Shown piece after piece: positions 17,564 through 27,608 of a stretch of 64,000 nucleotides of DNA (positions are counted from its first letter, which is position 1; each line of letters opens with the position of its first letter). A program made the position numbers and the translations under genes. Where the stretch lies: contig OZ250172.1 of NCBI GenBank assembly GCA_965237905.1, forward strand, positions 2,816,001 through 2,880,000, in the 5' to 3' direction. The notes under the pieces were generated by a model. It saw nothing but the letters and a program-made list of their open reading frames with translations, was not told the DNA's origin and did not search any database. This DNA is from Nitrospinaceae bacterium (GTDB taxonomy: Bacteria > Nitrospinota > Nitrospinia > Nitrospinales > Nitrospinaceae).

Positions 17564-19348
17564 TTAATGCTGCAGGTGGTGGTGATAAGTCTCTCCGGCT
17601 CCTTTAGGAATGCGGATGGTGTCCACCAGATCCTTGACTTCCTGCGGAGGCTCGGAGGTCAGGCGGCTCACGGCATAGGAAACGATAAAGTTGAAAATCA
17701 TTCCCAGCGTTCCAATGCCCTCCGGTGAAATACCGAACCACCAGTTTTCAGGATTATTGGCTTCCGGATTGATGAACTTGAAATAAATAATATATCCTGC
17801 CGTGAACCCGAGGCCGGTGATCATCCCGGAAATAGCGCCTTCCTTATTCATGCGCTTGGAAAAAATTCCCATCAAAATAGCCGGAAAAAAAGAAGAGGCC
17901 GCCAGACCAAACGCAAAGGCTACGACTTGCGCCACAAATCCGGGCGGATGTATTCCAAAGTAACCGGCAACGGTAATGGCCAACGCCGCGGACATCCGGG
18001 CGAACATCAATTCCTGCTTATCTGTGATGGTGGGTAAAAAAATCTTTTTCATCAGGTCATGGGAAATCGAAGTGGAAATTACCAGAAGGAGTCCCGCCGC
18101 GGTCGACAATGCCGCCGCCAAGGCCCCCGCCGCCACCAGGGCAATGATCCACGCGGGTAAGTCGGCGATTTCCGGATTGGCCAAAACGATGATGTCACGA
18201 TCGATATATAATTCGTTGCCGTTTTCGGTCAACGGGTTGTCGATCTGCCGTTCCCCGAGGGGTCCGCGTCTCTCGATAAATCGCGGTTTGCCTTTAAATG
18301 CCTTTCCCGCAAGGTATTGGATTTTGCCGTCCTCATTTTTATCCACCCAGGCGATCAAACTGGTATCCTCCCAGTTTTTGAACCATTGCGGTGTGTTGGC
18401 GTAGGGCGCATTTTTTACCGTCTGAATCAGATTCACCCGGGCAAACGAAGCCACTGCCGGGGCCGTGGTATAGAGAATGGCGATAAAGAGCAAAGCGTAA
18501 CCGGCGGACTTACGGGCATCCCGTACTTTGGGCACCGTGAAAAACCGAACGATCACATGCGGGAGTCCAGCGGTTCCGACCATCAGGGCGGCGGTAATAA
18601 AAAAGACATCGATGGTTGATTTTGTCCCCGACGTGTAAGTACCGAACCCAAGCTCTTGCGACAAGTTGTCGAGTTTTTCCAACAGGTAAGTTCCCGATCC
18701 ATCGGTCAGGGTGCTCCCAAAACCGAGTTGAGGAACCGGATTGCCTGTCATCATTATTGAAATAAAAATGGCGGGTACCATAAAAGCAAAAATCAAAACA
18801 CAATATTGCGCCACTTGGGTGTAGGTAATTCCTTTCATGCCGCCAAGGACCGCATAAAAGAAAACGATCGCCATGCCGATCAGAACACCGGTGGTGATTT
18901 CAACTTCGAGGAAACGGGAAAATACGATGCCGACCCCGCGCATTTGCCCGGCCACATAAGTGAATGAAACAAAAATGGTGCAAATGACGGCCACCACACG
19001 CGCCAAGTCTGAATAATAGCGGTCCCCGACAAAATCCGGCACGGTATATTTTCCGAATTTGCGGAGATAGGGTGCAAGCAATAAGGCGAGCAGGATGTAT
19101 CCGCCGGTCCATCCCATGAGATAGACCGAGCCATCCCGGCCGATAAACGAAATGATTCCCGCCATGGAAATGAACGATGCCGCAGACATCCAATCCGCTG
19201 CGGTGGCCATGCCATTGGCCAAAGGCGAAACTCCGCCACCCGCCACGTAAAATTCATCCGTGGATCCCGCCCGGGACCAGATCGCTATCCCGAGATAAAG
19301 GGCAAACGTGACACCCACGAAAATAAAGGTTAAGGTTTGGACATCCAT
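17564..19348 (-). CDS. Sodium:solute symporter (ActP-like, paired with DUF4212)
   Basis: NGMATAADWMSAASFISMAG, GWTGGY, GTAGLPHVIVRFFTVP; many TM helices. Confidence 0.95.
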   Translation of the reverse strand: MDVQTLTFIFVGVTFALYLGIAIWSRAGSTDEFYVAGGGVSPLANGMATAADWMSAASFISMAGIISFIGRDGSVYLMGWTGGYILLALLLAPYLRKFGKYTVPDFVGDRYYSDLARVVAVICTIFVSFTYVAGQMRGVGIVFSRFLEVEITTGVLIGMAIVFFYAVLGGMKGITYTQVAQYCVLIFAFMVPAIFISIMMTGNPVPQLGFGSTLTDGSGTYLLEKLDNLSQELGFGTYTSGTKSTIDVFFITAALMVGTAGLPHVIVRFFTVPKVRDARKSAGYALLFIAILYTTAPAVASFARVNLIQTVKNAPYANTPQWFKNWEDTSLIAWVDKNEDGKIQYLAGKAFKGKPRFIERRGPLGERQIDNPLTENGNELYIDRDIIVLANPEIADLPAWIIALVAAGALAAALSTAAGLLLVISTSISHDLMKKIFLPTITDKQELMFARMSAALAITVAGYFGIHPPGFVAQVVAFAFGLAASSFFPAILMGIFSKRMNKEGAISGMITGLGFTAGYIIYFKFINPEANNPENWWFGISPEGIGTLGMIFNFIVSYAVSRLTSEPPQEVKDLVDTIRIPKGAGETYHHHLQH

Positions 19349-19379
19349 TTATCTTATTTCCACTCGACTGACATTTGTT

Positions 19380-19718
19380 TTATTGTTTCGGATCGGACTC
19401 ATGGGATTCGTCTTTCAAATGGTAATAGTCTTCATCCGGAACAAAATTATCCTTGTCCTCATCCACGTCGTATTTGTGGTCCAGTTTGTTCATCTTATAG
19501 ACGTACACAAAGATAAGAATGACAAAGCAAAAAATAGACCCCTGCTGTGCCATCCAAAATCCGAGGTGAAAGCCGAAAAACTGGATAGTGTCCAATGCGT
19601 CGGCAAACAGAATTCCCATGCCGTACGAAACGATAAACCAAACCGACAAAAGCATCAGCACGATGCGAATATTTTCCCGCCAGTAGGCGTTGGTCTTGGA
19701 ATCGTGTGAATCATTCAT
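19380..19718 (-). CDS. DUF4212 small membrane subunit of the SSS transporter
   Basis: YW..N...LL.VWF.VS, GFWMAQQGS, Y...MNKLD; immediately upstream of the SSS gene. Confidence 0.9.
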   Translation of the reverse strand: MNDSHDSKTNAYWRENIRIVLMLLSVWFIVSYGMGILFADALDTIQFFGFHLGFWMAQQGSIFCFVILIFVYVYKMNKLDHKYDVDEDKDNFVPDEDYYHLKDESHESDPKQ

Positions 19719-19905
19719 AACATTAGACTCAAAATAGTTTTCCGTTTTTTCAGAGGAAGGGTACCCAGGAAACCGCAGTTAAAATATATGTTTTCATAGT
19801 GTGCTGGATGATCCGCAAAGAAGGCGAACCTTCTGTCTATTAATTATAAGCCAGTTTTATTGTTTGAGCGACCCGCTCGGCCATATTGTCGGCACATGAA
19901 ATTTG

Positions 19906-22900
19906 TTATTTTGAAAAATGAATTTTGTCGAGGTCACCTAAAATCGCGTACAGAACCGGCACGACCAGAAGAACCAACACGGTGGAGGCCAGCATGCCGA
20001 AGACGATACTGGTCACTAAGGGGATCAACACCTGGGCTTGCAGGCTTCTTTCCAACAGGAGGGGCAACAGCCCCATGATCGTGGTCAGCGATGTTAAAAG
20101 GATTGCCCGAAAACGCAGGCGGCTGGCTTTTTTTGCCGCCTCTTCTGGATGATCTCCCTTCCTTAGATGGTGCTTGATAAATGTGACCAGAAGAATTGAA
20201 TCGTTGATGACCACTCCGGCCAGCGAAACCAAGCCCATCAGGCTCACCATGGAAATATCCAATCCCATGAGGTAGTGTCCCCAGATCACTCCCACCAGTG
20301 CCAACGGAATAGCGGACATGACTGCCAACGGTTCCACGTAGTTCTTGAACTGAAAACTGAGCAATACAAAAACTCCAATAATTCCGACGATGAAAGCTTT
20401 GAGCATGGACTTCCCGGTTTTTTGGGATTCCCTTTCCTGACCCTCCATAGAAAAAATAATGTCCGGGTACTTTTGTTTTAGATTAGGTAGAAAACTCGCT
20501 TTGGTGTCTGCCAGAATCTCCGCCGCGTTAGCGAGGTGGGTATCTACATCTCCTTGAATGGTTACCGTGCGTACGGAATTGATCCTTGAGATGCGGGCGG
20601 TACCTCGCTGATATTCCAGGTGTGCCACATTTTTTAGAGGGATCCTTTCACCGGTTTTTGTCGTGACGTAAAAATAGTCAAGATCATCCAGACTGTTCTG
20701 GTCCAAGGTAGAGAGTTGTACATCAATTTCATACGATTCGGAACCCACTTGGAATTCACCCGCCGTTTGGCCATAGAAAGCGGCCCGCAATTGGTTGGCA
20801 ATGGAGGAGGCATCCATTCCCTGTGCCAGCGCACCGGCTTTGAGTCGCACTCGTATTTCCGGTTTTCCCGGTCGCAAGTCATCGTTCAAGTCAAAAACGC
20901 CGACGTATTGGTCCAACCAATCCTGCAACTCGAGAGAGGCTTGTTTCAATTGCTCCAGGTCGCTACCCTGCAATCGGATTTCGACCGGTAGACCCCCCGG
21001 ACCTATAGTGGGTTCTTTGAAGGTTAAATTAATGATGTCCGGCAGGTCCTGCAGTTTTTCCCGCCACATATTTTTAACGGTATCGAGTTTGGCGTTTCGC
21101 TTTTCTGCTTTTAACAGATCTACTAAAATCGTAGCCACATGAGTCCCGGTTTCATTCGCATCCACATTCTTGTTGTACTGGATATTTATATTTTCGACCA
21201 GCGGCTGTCCTTCCGGCTGAAGGGGTTGGAGTTTTTCATTGACCTCTTTAAGTGCTTTGACGGTTTTCTCTGCAACTTCTTCCGTTCGGGACAAGGGAGT
21301 TCCTTGAGGAAGAAGAATCCGTGCCTCCAGCACGTCCCCATCAATTTCGGGAAAGGCAATAATCTTGATTTTCCCACTGGTTAACATTCCCAATGAGAAA
21401 ATAAAAATCAAAATGATTAAGCCGATGAAAAAATATTTCCAATTCACCGCCCAGTCCACGACACGTCCCAAAACCTGTTCGCGCAGATAATTCAAGGAGG
21501 CGTCCACCTTTTGTTTGAATTTGTTCGGTGCCGAGGCTGAATTCGAATGGATCGAGTGCGAGAGGTGATGAGGTAATATGATAAAGGCTTCGACCAGACT
21601 GACGGTCAAGGTCACGATAAGAATGACCGGCATCACCCAGAGTACCAATCCAATTTCACCCTCAATCAAAACCGCAATAGAGCCGAAGATGGCAACGGTG
21701 GTTAAAAAAGAGGAGAACACGCCAGGGAGCACCTCCAGAGTTCCATCGACAGCCGCGTCCAACGGTTTTTTGCCTCGTTGTGAATGAGAAGAAATATTTT
21801 CAGAAATGACAATGGCATCGTCCATGAGAAGTCCCAAAGCCACCAGCAACCCCACCATGGTCAGCATGTTCAGGGAAAAATCTATGCTATGCATGACAAA
21901 CAGGGTGCCCAGGAAGGAAACCGGGAGTCCCATCGTCACCCAAAAGGATGTTCGTAAGGTGAAGAACAACCACATGGTCAAAAAAACCAGAATCAAACCT
22001 TGAACTCCATTTTTTAAGAGCATGGTCAGGCGGTCACGAACAATATCCGAAACATTTTGAGTGAGGACCATTTTTACTTCCGGGGGATGTTGCAGGCGTT
22101 CCTTTTCCAGGAAATTCTGCACGGCATCCAGAATATTAAGCGAATCCTCACTTTTCATTTTCATGATTTTTAACAGGCCGGCTCGTTGCCCATTAAAGAT
22201 TATTTTGTCTTCATCCAATTCAAACCGGTCCGTGATTTTAGCAATATCACCCAGTCGAATTTCCTCCCCGGTTGTGTGTGAGATAATGATTAGATTTTCG
22301 AATTCCGGCACCGAGTACCGTTTATCCTGAAACCGGAACATGACATTCTGATCGGGAGTTTCAATGGTTCCGGCGGGCAGGTCGACATTTTGACGGGAAA
22401 GATTTTCGGTGATGTCGTTGAGATTCATTCCCAATTGAAGGAGATTCTGAGCAGGAATCTCGATCCGGATTTGGTGGTCCGAAAAACCCAGGATATTGAC
22501 TTGGGACACTTCCTCTAAAAGCAACAGGCGGTCTTTAAACTTTTCGCAAAATAATTTCAGGTCGGGTACGGACATGGGGCCCGTAACCGCCACGGACACC
22601 ACCTGATCGACTTTCCCCAATTGTTTGATGATGGCGCGTTCCACCTCGTCGGGGAAATCATCGATCGCTTCCACCTCCGTTTTGATGTCATTCAAAAAAC
22701 GTGAAAAGTCGCCTTCATCCCGCATTTCCACCACCACCCGAGCCCGGTTTTCCTGAGCCTCACTGCGGATTTCCTCAATGTGATTGACTTCATCCAGGGA
22801 GTCTTCAATGCGCTGGCAAATGGCTTCTTCGATTTCTTCAGCGCTGGCTCCGGGGTAGTTCACGATGATCTCGACTTCCTTGGGGGTGAAGTCCGGGAAG

Positions 22901-23013
22901 GTCTCGCGGCGAATATCCTGAACCGTAGCCAGCCCGAGGAAAATAAAAATCAACATCAAAAGGTTGGCGGCGGTCGGATGATTGGCAAAAAAACGAATGA
23001 AGGATCCGGGCAT
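19906..23013 (-). CDS. RND efflux permease (AcrB/AcrD/AcrF family)
   Basis: 1035 aa; AANLLM, YPGASAEEIEE, GLLMDDAIVISEN, RFRAILLTSLTT. Confidence 0.95.
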   Translation of the reverse strand: MPGSFIRFFANHPTAANLLMLIFIFLGLATVQDIRRETFPDFTPKEVEIIVNYPGASAEEIEEAICQRIEDSLDEVNHIEEIRSEAQENRARVVVEMRDEGDFSRFLNDIKTEVEAIDDFPDEVERAIIKQLGKVDQVVSVAVTGPMSVPDLKLFCEKFKDRLLLLEEVSQVNILGFSDHQIRIEIPAQNLLQLGMNLNDITENLSRQNVDLPAGTIETPDQNVMFRFQDKRYSVPEFENLIIISHTTGEEIRLGDIAKITDRFELDEDKIIFNGQRAGLLKIMKMKSEDSLNILDAVQNFLEKERLQHPPEVKMVLTQNVSDIVRDRLTMLLKNGVQGLILVFLTMWLFFTLRTSFWVTMGLPVSFLGTLFVMHSIDFSLNMLTMVGLLVALGLLMDDAIVISENISSHSQRGKKPLDAAVDGTLEVLPGVFSSFLTTVAIFGSIAVLIEGEIGLVLWVMPVILIVTLTVSLVEAFIILPHHLSHSIHSNSASAPNKFKQKVDASLNYLREQVLGRVVDWAVNWKYFFIGLIILIFIFSLGMLTSGKIKIIAFPEIDGDVLEARILLPQGTPLSRTEEVAEKTVKALKEVNEKLQPLQPEGQPLVENINIQYNKNVDANETGTHVATILVDLLKAEKRNAKLDTVKNMWREKLQDLPDIINLTFKEPTIGPGGLPVEIRLQGSDLEQLKQASLELQDWLDQYVGVFDLNDDLRPGKPEIRVRLKAGALAQGMDASSIANQLRAAFYGQTAGEFQVGSESYEIDVQLSTLDQNSLDDLDYFYVTTKTGERIPLKNVAHLEYQRGTARISRINSVRTVTIQGDVDTHLANAAEILADTKASFLPNLKQKYPDIIFSMEGQERESQKTGKSMLKAFIVGIIGVFVLLSFQFKNYVEPLAVMSAIPLALVGVIWGHYLMGLDISMVSLMGLVSLAGVVINDSILLVTFIKHHLRKGDHPEEAAKKASRLRFRAILLTSLTTIMGLLPLLLERSLQAQVLIPLVTSIVFGMLASTVLVLLVVPVLYAILGDLDKIHFSK

Positions 23014-23014
23014 T

Positions 23015-24373
23015 TTATTTCACGGCTTTGGAGCCGGTGGCCTCTTTGATAATTTTGGAAAGAGCGGCCTCGTCGGTTTGAGGTTGGAGAAGCATCCCGC
23101 TGATGGCCGGAACCAGATCGCTGATGATAATTTTTTCGTTGGGGCGTATTCCCGATTTGACCGATACAAGATTCCCTTGCTGGAAATCGATTTCTATCTT
23201 CTTTTTTCCCAGCCGGTTTTCTTCGGTGGCAATATAAACTTGCCCCTCGTGGACTGCCGATCTGGGAATAACGATGGTTTGGTCGCGCGGTTTCCCCCGC
23301 AGTTCTACTTCGACATACATGTTTTTTTGCAGAGGCGGTTTTTTGCCGGGTTGGGTTTTTTGAAAGGGGTTATCCACCGCGATATACACGCCAATCGAAC
23401 CGGTCTTGATATCCGTTTCTCCAAAGCGGGCAAAACGTCCTTCCCATTCCGCCATGCGCCCCCCCATTTCGAGGCGAACGATGGCTTGGAGACCCAACCG
23501 GCCCTGGACATCTCCCCGGCTCAAACGTTTTAAGTTTTGAATGTCGATCGGTTTCTTTAAGTTCTTGGGAATCAGGTTTTTCATGTAGTGACGGGAGACT
23601 TGAACCAAAATTTCCGAGATTGCTACGCTGTCGAGGGTGACCAGGACTTGTCCTGCCGTGGCCGCCTGGCCTCGTTGGATATCAACTTCCGCCACCCGGC
23701 TGTCAAACGGTGCCTTGATGACGGTTTTTTTCAGGGTGATTTGAGCATCCTGAGACCGGGTTTTGAGGGCGCGTAGGGATGCTTTTAAGGCGCGGCGCTC
23801 TGAGGGCAACTGATTCAATATTCCTTTGTAATTTTCGACCGTATTCTTTTGCGTCAAAAGGTTCTGTTCTTCCCGATTCAGGTCGGAACGGGAAATGATA
23901 CCGCCTTCAAAGAGCTTTTGTTTCCGTTCCAGCTCATTTTTGTAAATGTCCAGGGAACGTTTTTCTACCTCAAGTTGCCGCTGGGTATCGGCTTTTTTTT
24001 GGTCCAGTTCTTCAATCTGCGCCTGCATTTTTTGTATTTCGGCTTCGATTTCCTGCAAGGCCAATTGACTTTGTTCCGGCGCAATGCTGATCAATAGATC
24101 GCCCTTGGCCACGAAAGCTCCCTGCTGTAAGTCGGGATTGAAATCTACAATTCTCCCGGCAACCTCCGCAACGGCTTTCCACGTGCGCTCCGGTTGAACA
24201 TATCCGTTACCAACGGCGATGGGAATTAAAATAACTTTGGGGGCGGGGATGACGCGGACCGGCTTGGCCCGCTCCTGGATTTGGGTTTTCTCAGGACCAG
24301 TCTTGCTTTGAGACATGTACCAGAAAACGGCAATTCCTAAAACAAGACCCGGCAACAGTAGCAGTTTTTTCAT
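23015..24373 (-). CDS. RND efflux membrane fusion protein
   Basis: N-terminal TM, AEVAGRI, V.KGDLL, coiled coil, IKAPFD, VIPRSAV. Confidence 0.92.
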   Translation of the reverse strand: MKKLLLLPGLVLGIAVFWYMSQSKTGPEKTQIQERAKPVRVIPAPKVILIPIAVGNGYVQPERTWKAVAEVAGRIVDFNPDLQQGAFVAKGDLLISIAPEQSQLALQEIEAEIQKMQAQIEELDQKKADTQRQLEVEKRSLDIYKNELERKQKLFEGGIISRSDLNREEQNLLTQKNTVENYKGILNQLPSERRALKASLRALKTRSQDAQITLKKTVIKAPFDSRVAEVDIQRGQAATAGQVLVTLDSVAISEILVQVSRHYMKNLIPKNLKKPIDIQNLKRLSRGDVQGRLGLQAIVRLEMGGRMAEWEGRFARFGETDIKTGSIGVYIAVDNPFQKTQPGKKPPLQKNMYVEVELRGKPRDQTIVIPRSAVHEGQVYIATEENRLGKKKIEIDFQQGNLVSVKSGIRPNEKIIISDLVPAISGMLLQPQTDEAALSKIIKEATGSKAVK

Positions 24374-24565
24374 GGATATTCCAAAAAGCGGGTGGACTCG
24401 ATACTGACAGCGGCCCATTAAAGCAGGATATCGTGAAAACATCAAAAAAAAGGCTTACGATAAATCTCTTAAGCTTTGTGGGGGCTAGGGCTTAAAGACA
24501 AAAATCCTGGCTTAAGATGTGGTACAACTTATTGGCCCAAGTCATTAAGAATAAGGAGATCAAGA

Positions 24566-25171
24566 ATAGATACGTTTGACGCTATTTACCAGCGGCGGGC
24601 CATTAAGCAGTACGACCCTCAGCATAAACTGTCTCTGGAGGAGGAAACCAAGCTATTTGAGGCCGCCATTCAGGCGCCCACCAGCTTTAATATTCAGCAT
24701 TGGCGTTTCGTAATTGTTCGGGATCCTGATCTGCGAAAAAAGATTCGTACGGAATTTGGAAACGACCAGGCTCAAATGACAGATGCTTCCCTGCTCATTA
24801 TCATGACGGCGGATGCCAAAGCCTGGCAAAAAAAACCGGAACGCTATTGGCAAAATGCTCCTAAAGAAGTGGCCGACCTGTTAGTCAATTGGATGGGACC
24901 TTTTCACGAGGGACGGGAATGGTTGCAACGCGACGAAGCTCAACGGTCCATCGGCATGGCCATGCAAACCCTGATGCTGGCCGCCAAGGCGATGGGTTAC
25001 GAGTCCTGCCCGATGATCGGCTTCGACATTGAAAAAGTCGCCGAACTGATCAACCTTCCTGACGATCATGTAATGGGGGCGATGGTGGCCATAGGGAAGG
25101 GTACCAAAGACCCCTGGCCCAAACCCGGACAGCTGCCCTTGAGCGAACTGATAACGGAAAATACATTTTGA
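24566..25171 (+). CDS. Nitroreductase family protein with an apparent ATA start codon
   Basis: AIYQRRAIKQYD, QAPTSFNIQHWRFV, SCPMIGFD; SD AAGGAG at 24553-24558 then ATA-GAT-ACG (I/M-D-T-F). Confidence 0.85.
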   Translation: MDTFDAIYQRRAIKQYDPQHKLSLEEETKLFEAAIQAPTSFNIQHWRFVIVRDPDLRKKIRTEFGNDQAQMTDASLLIIMTADAKAWQKKPERYWQNAPKEVADLLVNWMGPFHEGREWLQRDEAQRSIGMAMQTLMLAAKAMGYESCPMIGFDIEKVAELINLPDDHVMGAMVAIGKGTKDPWPKPGQLPLSELITENTF

Positions 25172-25181
25172 TCCCAAAGAC

Positions 25182-25213
25182 AAAAATGGGCTAGCCCGTG
25201 AGAGCTAGCCCAT
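25182..25213. terminator. Hairpin ATGGGCTAGC-N8-GCTAGCCCAT with an A-tract; duplicate of the tRNA-Pro downstream hairpin
   Basis: Perfect stem; T-run on the minus strand; near-identical to 28261-28293. Confidence 0.7.
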
Positions 25214-25222
25214 AATAATTTT

Positions 25223-25267
25223 AATGGTCGGGATGAGAAGATTTGAACTTCCGACCCCCTCGTCCCG
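25223..25267 (-). repeat. Duplicated 3' half of tRNA-Pro (att-like direct repeat)
   Basis: 45 bp identical to 28300-28344, ending in the anticodon loop. Confidence 0.95.
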
Positions 25268-25272
25268 GAACT

Positions 25273-26262
25273 TTATTTCGCAAGTATGTTTTGCAATCTG
25301 TGATTGCCCCAATCAACGACAATAATATTTCCGAGTGGAGAAAAGGCGAGGTCGGTTGGTCCATTAAATTCCCCAGGTTCCGAACCGAATTTTCCGAACT
25401 TTGTGATAAATCGACCCTGTTTGTCAAATACCTGAATGCGGTGGTTGTAAAAATCAGCCACATAAAGATGTCCTCGGGGGTCCATAGTAATTCCTGAGGA
25501 TACTTTGAAACTTCCTCCCAAACCCCCCGCGCCACCGAACTCCATCAGATATTTTCCTTCCGGAGAAAACGCCTGCACTCGGTTATTATAGGAATCCGAA
25601 ACGTAAACGGTATCTTCAGGCCCAACAGTGATCCGAGAAGGATAATTGAAGTTCCCCTGAGCTCCCGGTTTTATCAGGAAACTAAAAAACGATCTCATCA
25701 GGGAAATGGGCTCGTAACTTCCCCAGGTTTTGAGAAAGATTCCGTTTCTATCGAACTTTTGGATGCGGTGATTGTAAGTGTCGGTCACATAAAGATGCCC
25801 ATGAGAATCCAAAGCCAAGCCACCGGGTGAATTCAGCTCGCCCGGTTGTCTCCCACTTTGACCCCATTGGGTGAGAAATGTGCCCTGGGGGGTAAACTTT
25901 TGTATTCGGTCAAGCTCATAATCTGAAACAAAAACATGGCCAGACGAATCGATGACGATTCCGGAAGGCCTTTCAAATTCCCCTTCCTTGTTTCCCTGGC
26001 TTCCCCATTGAAGAAGGAATTTTCCGTTTGTGTCAAATACTTGAATCCGATGGTTCCTCGCATCGGCAATATAAATTTTCCCCTTGAGATCGATCCCGAT
26101 GGCAAAGGGTTCATTGAATTGTCCAGGCCCGGTTCCTTTGGTTCCCGTGAGGCGGATTGAACCAGGATCCTTTAGAAAAAATTTAGAGTTGGTAGAACAT
26201 CCCTGGCTGGTGAAAAGAACGAGAGCCATCCAAATTAATCCCATTGCATAGATTGGTTTCAT
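25273..26262 (-). CDS. NHL-repeat (6-bladed beta-propeller) lipoprotein
   Basis: Repeated F..P.GI..D..G..YV.D..NHRIQ.F units; N-terminal SQGC lipobox-like motif. Confidence 0.93.
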   Translation of the reverse strand: MKPIYAMGLIWMALVLFTSQGCSTNSKFFLKDPGSIRLTGTKGTGPGQFNEPFAIGIDLKGKIYIADARNHRIQVFDTNGKFLLQWGSQGNKEGEFERPSGIVIDSSGHVFVSDYELDRIQKFTPQGTFLTQWGQSGRQPGELNSPGGLALDSHGHLYVTDTYNHRIQKFDRNGIFLKTWGSYEPISLMRSFFSFLIKPGAQGNFNYPSRITVGPEDTVYVSDSYNNRVQAFSPEGKYLMEFGGAGGLGGSFKVSSGITMDPRGHLYVADFYNHRIQVFDKQGRFITKFGKFGSEPGEFNGPTDLAFSPLGNIIVVDWGNHRLQNILAK

Positions 26263-26582
26263 TTTTTTGGTTCCTTTCCAATCCACGTTACACCATCAAG
26301 TTCAAACCCTGCATTCTCCACCGCTTCAAGGATTGAGGCCCTTGAAACTCTTGCCCCAGATTCAAACGCAATCTCTGCGGTGCCTTCCTTAATATTTATA
26401 TTGATACTTTTAAATCCGTTAATTTTTTTTATATGTTTTTCAAGGCCATATGCGCAAAAGGGACAGTAAAGGCCCTCTACCTGCATAATAACGCGCTCTT
26501 CATTTTCTCCTGCAAGAGTAATTGAGGATAAGCAGAAGAGTATGCTCAAGCTGATTAAGATGATTGCGAATTTTACTTTCAT
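26259..26582 (-). CDS. Periplasmic heavy-metal-associated (HMA) domain protein, MerP/CopZ-like
   Basis: Signal peptide, VEGLYCPFCAYGLEK, I..AVENAGF. Confidence 0.88.
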   Translation of the reverse strand: MKVKFAIILISLSILFCLSSITLAGENEERVIMQVEGLYCPFCAYGLEKHIKKINGFKSININIKEGTAEIAFESGARVSRASILEAVENAGFELDGVTWIGKEPKK

Positions 26583-26604
26583 GGATTTACTCCCAAAAAA
26601 ATAA

Positions 26605-27504
26605 TTAGAATTGAAAACGAAGGCTTAAAGCCAGTCTGTAATCGGTCTCGAGTTGTGTCCCGTTGAGGTCCTGAACAATGGGATACTGGAAGGATGCTTC
26701 GTAGACAATCCGCTTAGTGACATATTGAAGTCCCGGTGAAATAAAGAGAGTATGCCCTCCCGAGTCAGGTTGATCGATTCCGAGAAATTCATTTTCCTCC
26801 TGAAAAAACCCGTTGAATTCTAGCAGGGCATTCAACTGATCGTATATTCCCTTATCGGGCAAGGTGAATGGAAAGATTCTTTTTTGAAACGAAAGGTTGT
26901 ATTGGAATACATTCCCGAACTCAAAGCGGTTGGCTTCATTATTAAAAATGTACCTCAGGTCAGTATCCATTTCATAATCCAGGGTCTGAAGTGTATGGAC
27001 AGCCCCTGCAATAATATCCACCGACCCTGAACCCAACTGGAGTCCGGGAGGGAGAAGGCCAGAGGAATCCCGCTCATTATCATCCCCTGTGGGCAATTCC
27101 AATCCAGCGATAAGGGACAGGCGTGAGGTACCTCCTTTAAAGTTGAGAGTATGAATCCGGTATTTACCAAACACGGAAATGTCGCCTAATCCTTCATCGC
27201 CTCGAATTTGGCCGCTTCCGGTCTTCATTTCTTTTACCAGGAAAGGTATTTTTACCAGAAGGGATATCTTTGAAGTGAATCCATATACCCCCACAACTGG
27301 GACGGAATAGACGTCAACTTCTCTGTTCTGTCCCGAAGGGTCGTCCGTTTTTGTTAAATACCTTCCTTGAATTCTGAAGATAAATTCGTCTTTGTGGGGA
27401 GTTAAACCCAAGTCGCTATTAATGGGCAGTGATTGCGCGGTGAAAGGGTTAAACAGAATAAATATAAAACAGGTAGAAATAGACATAAAGTGTATCGGTT
27501 TCAC
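26605..27504 (-). CDS. Outer membrane beta-barrel 'transporter' (MetA-pathway-like family)
   Basis: SD GAGGAGG plus GTG start; signal peptide; GLGDI, GLELPTG, LQLGSGSVD, LFISPGLQY; C-terminal F. Confidence 0.8.
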   Translation of the reverse strand: MKPIHFMSISTCFIFILFNPFTAQSLPINSDLGLTPHKDEFIFRIQGRYLTKTDDPSGQNREVDVYSVPVVGVYGFTSKISLLVKIPFLVKEMKTGSGQIRGDEGLGDISVFGKYRIHTLNFKGGTSRLSLIAGLELPTGDDNERDSSGLLPPGLQLGSGSVDIIAGAVHTLQTLDYEMDTDLRYIFNNEANRFEFGNVFQYNLSFQKRIFPFTLPDKGIYDQLNALLEFNGFFQEENEFLGIDQPDSGGHTLFISPGLQYVTKRIVYEASFQYPIVQDLNGTQLETDYRLALSLRFQF

Positions 27505-27608
27505 GAAACACCTCCTCGAAATTGAAAGAAAAGGGATTTATCCTTGTTTCAAAAACTCAGAAAGAGAGAAAGAAACAGGTAAAATATGAAAAGTTATCGA
27601 AGAAGGTG

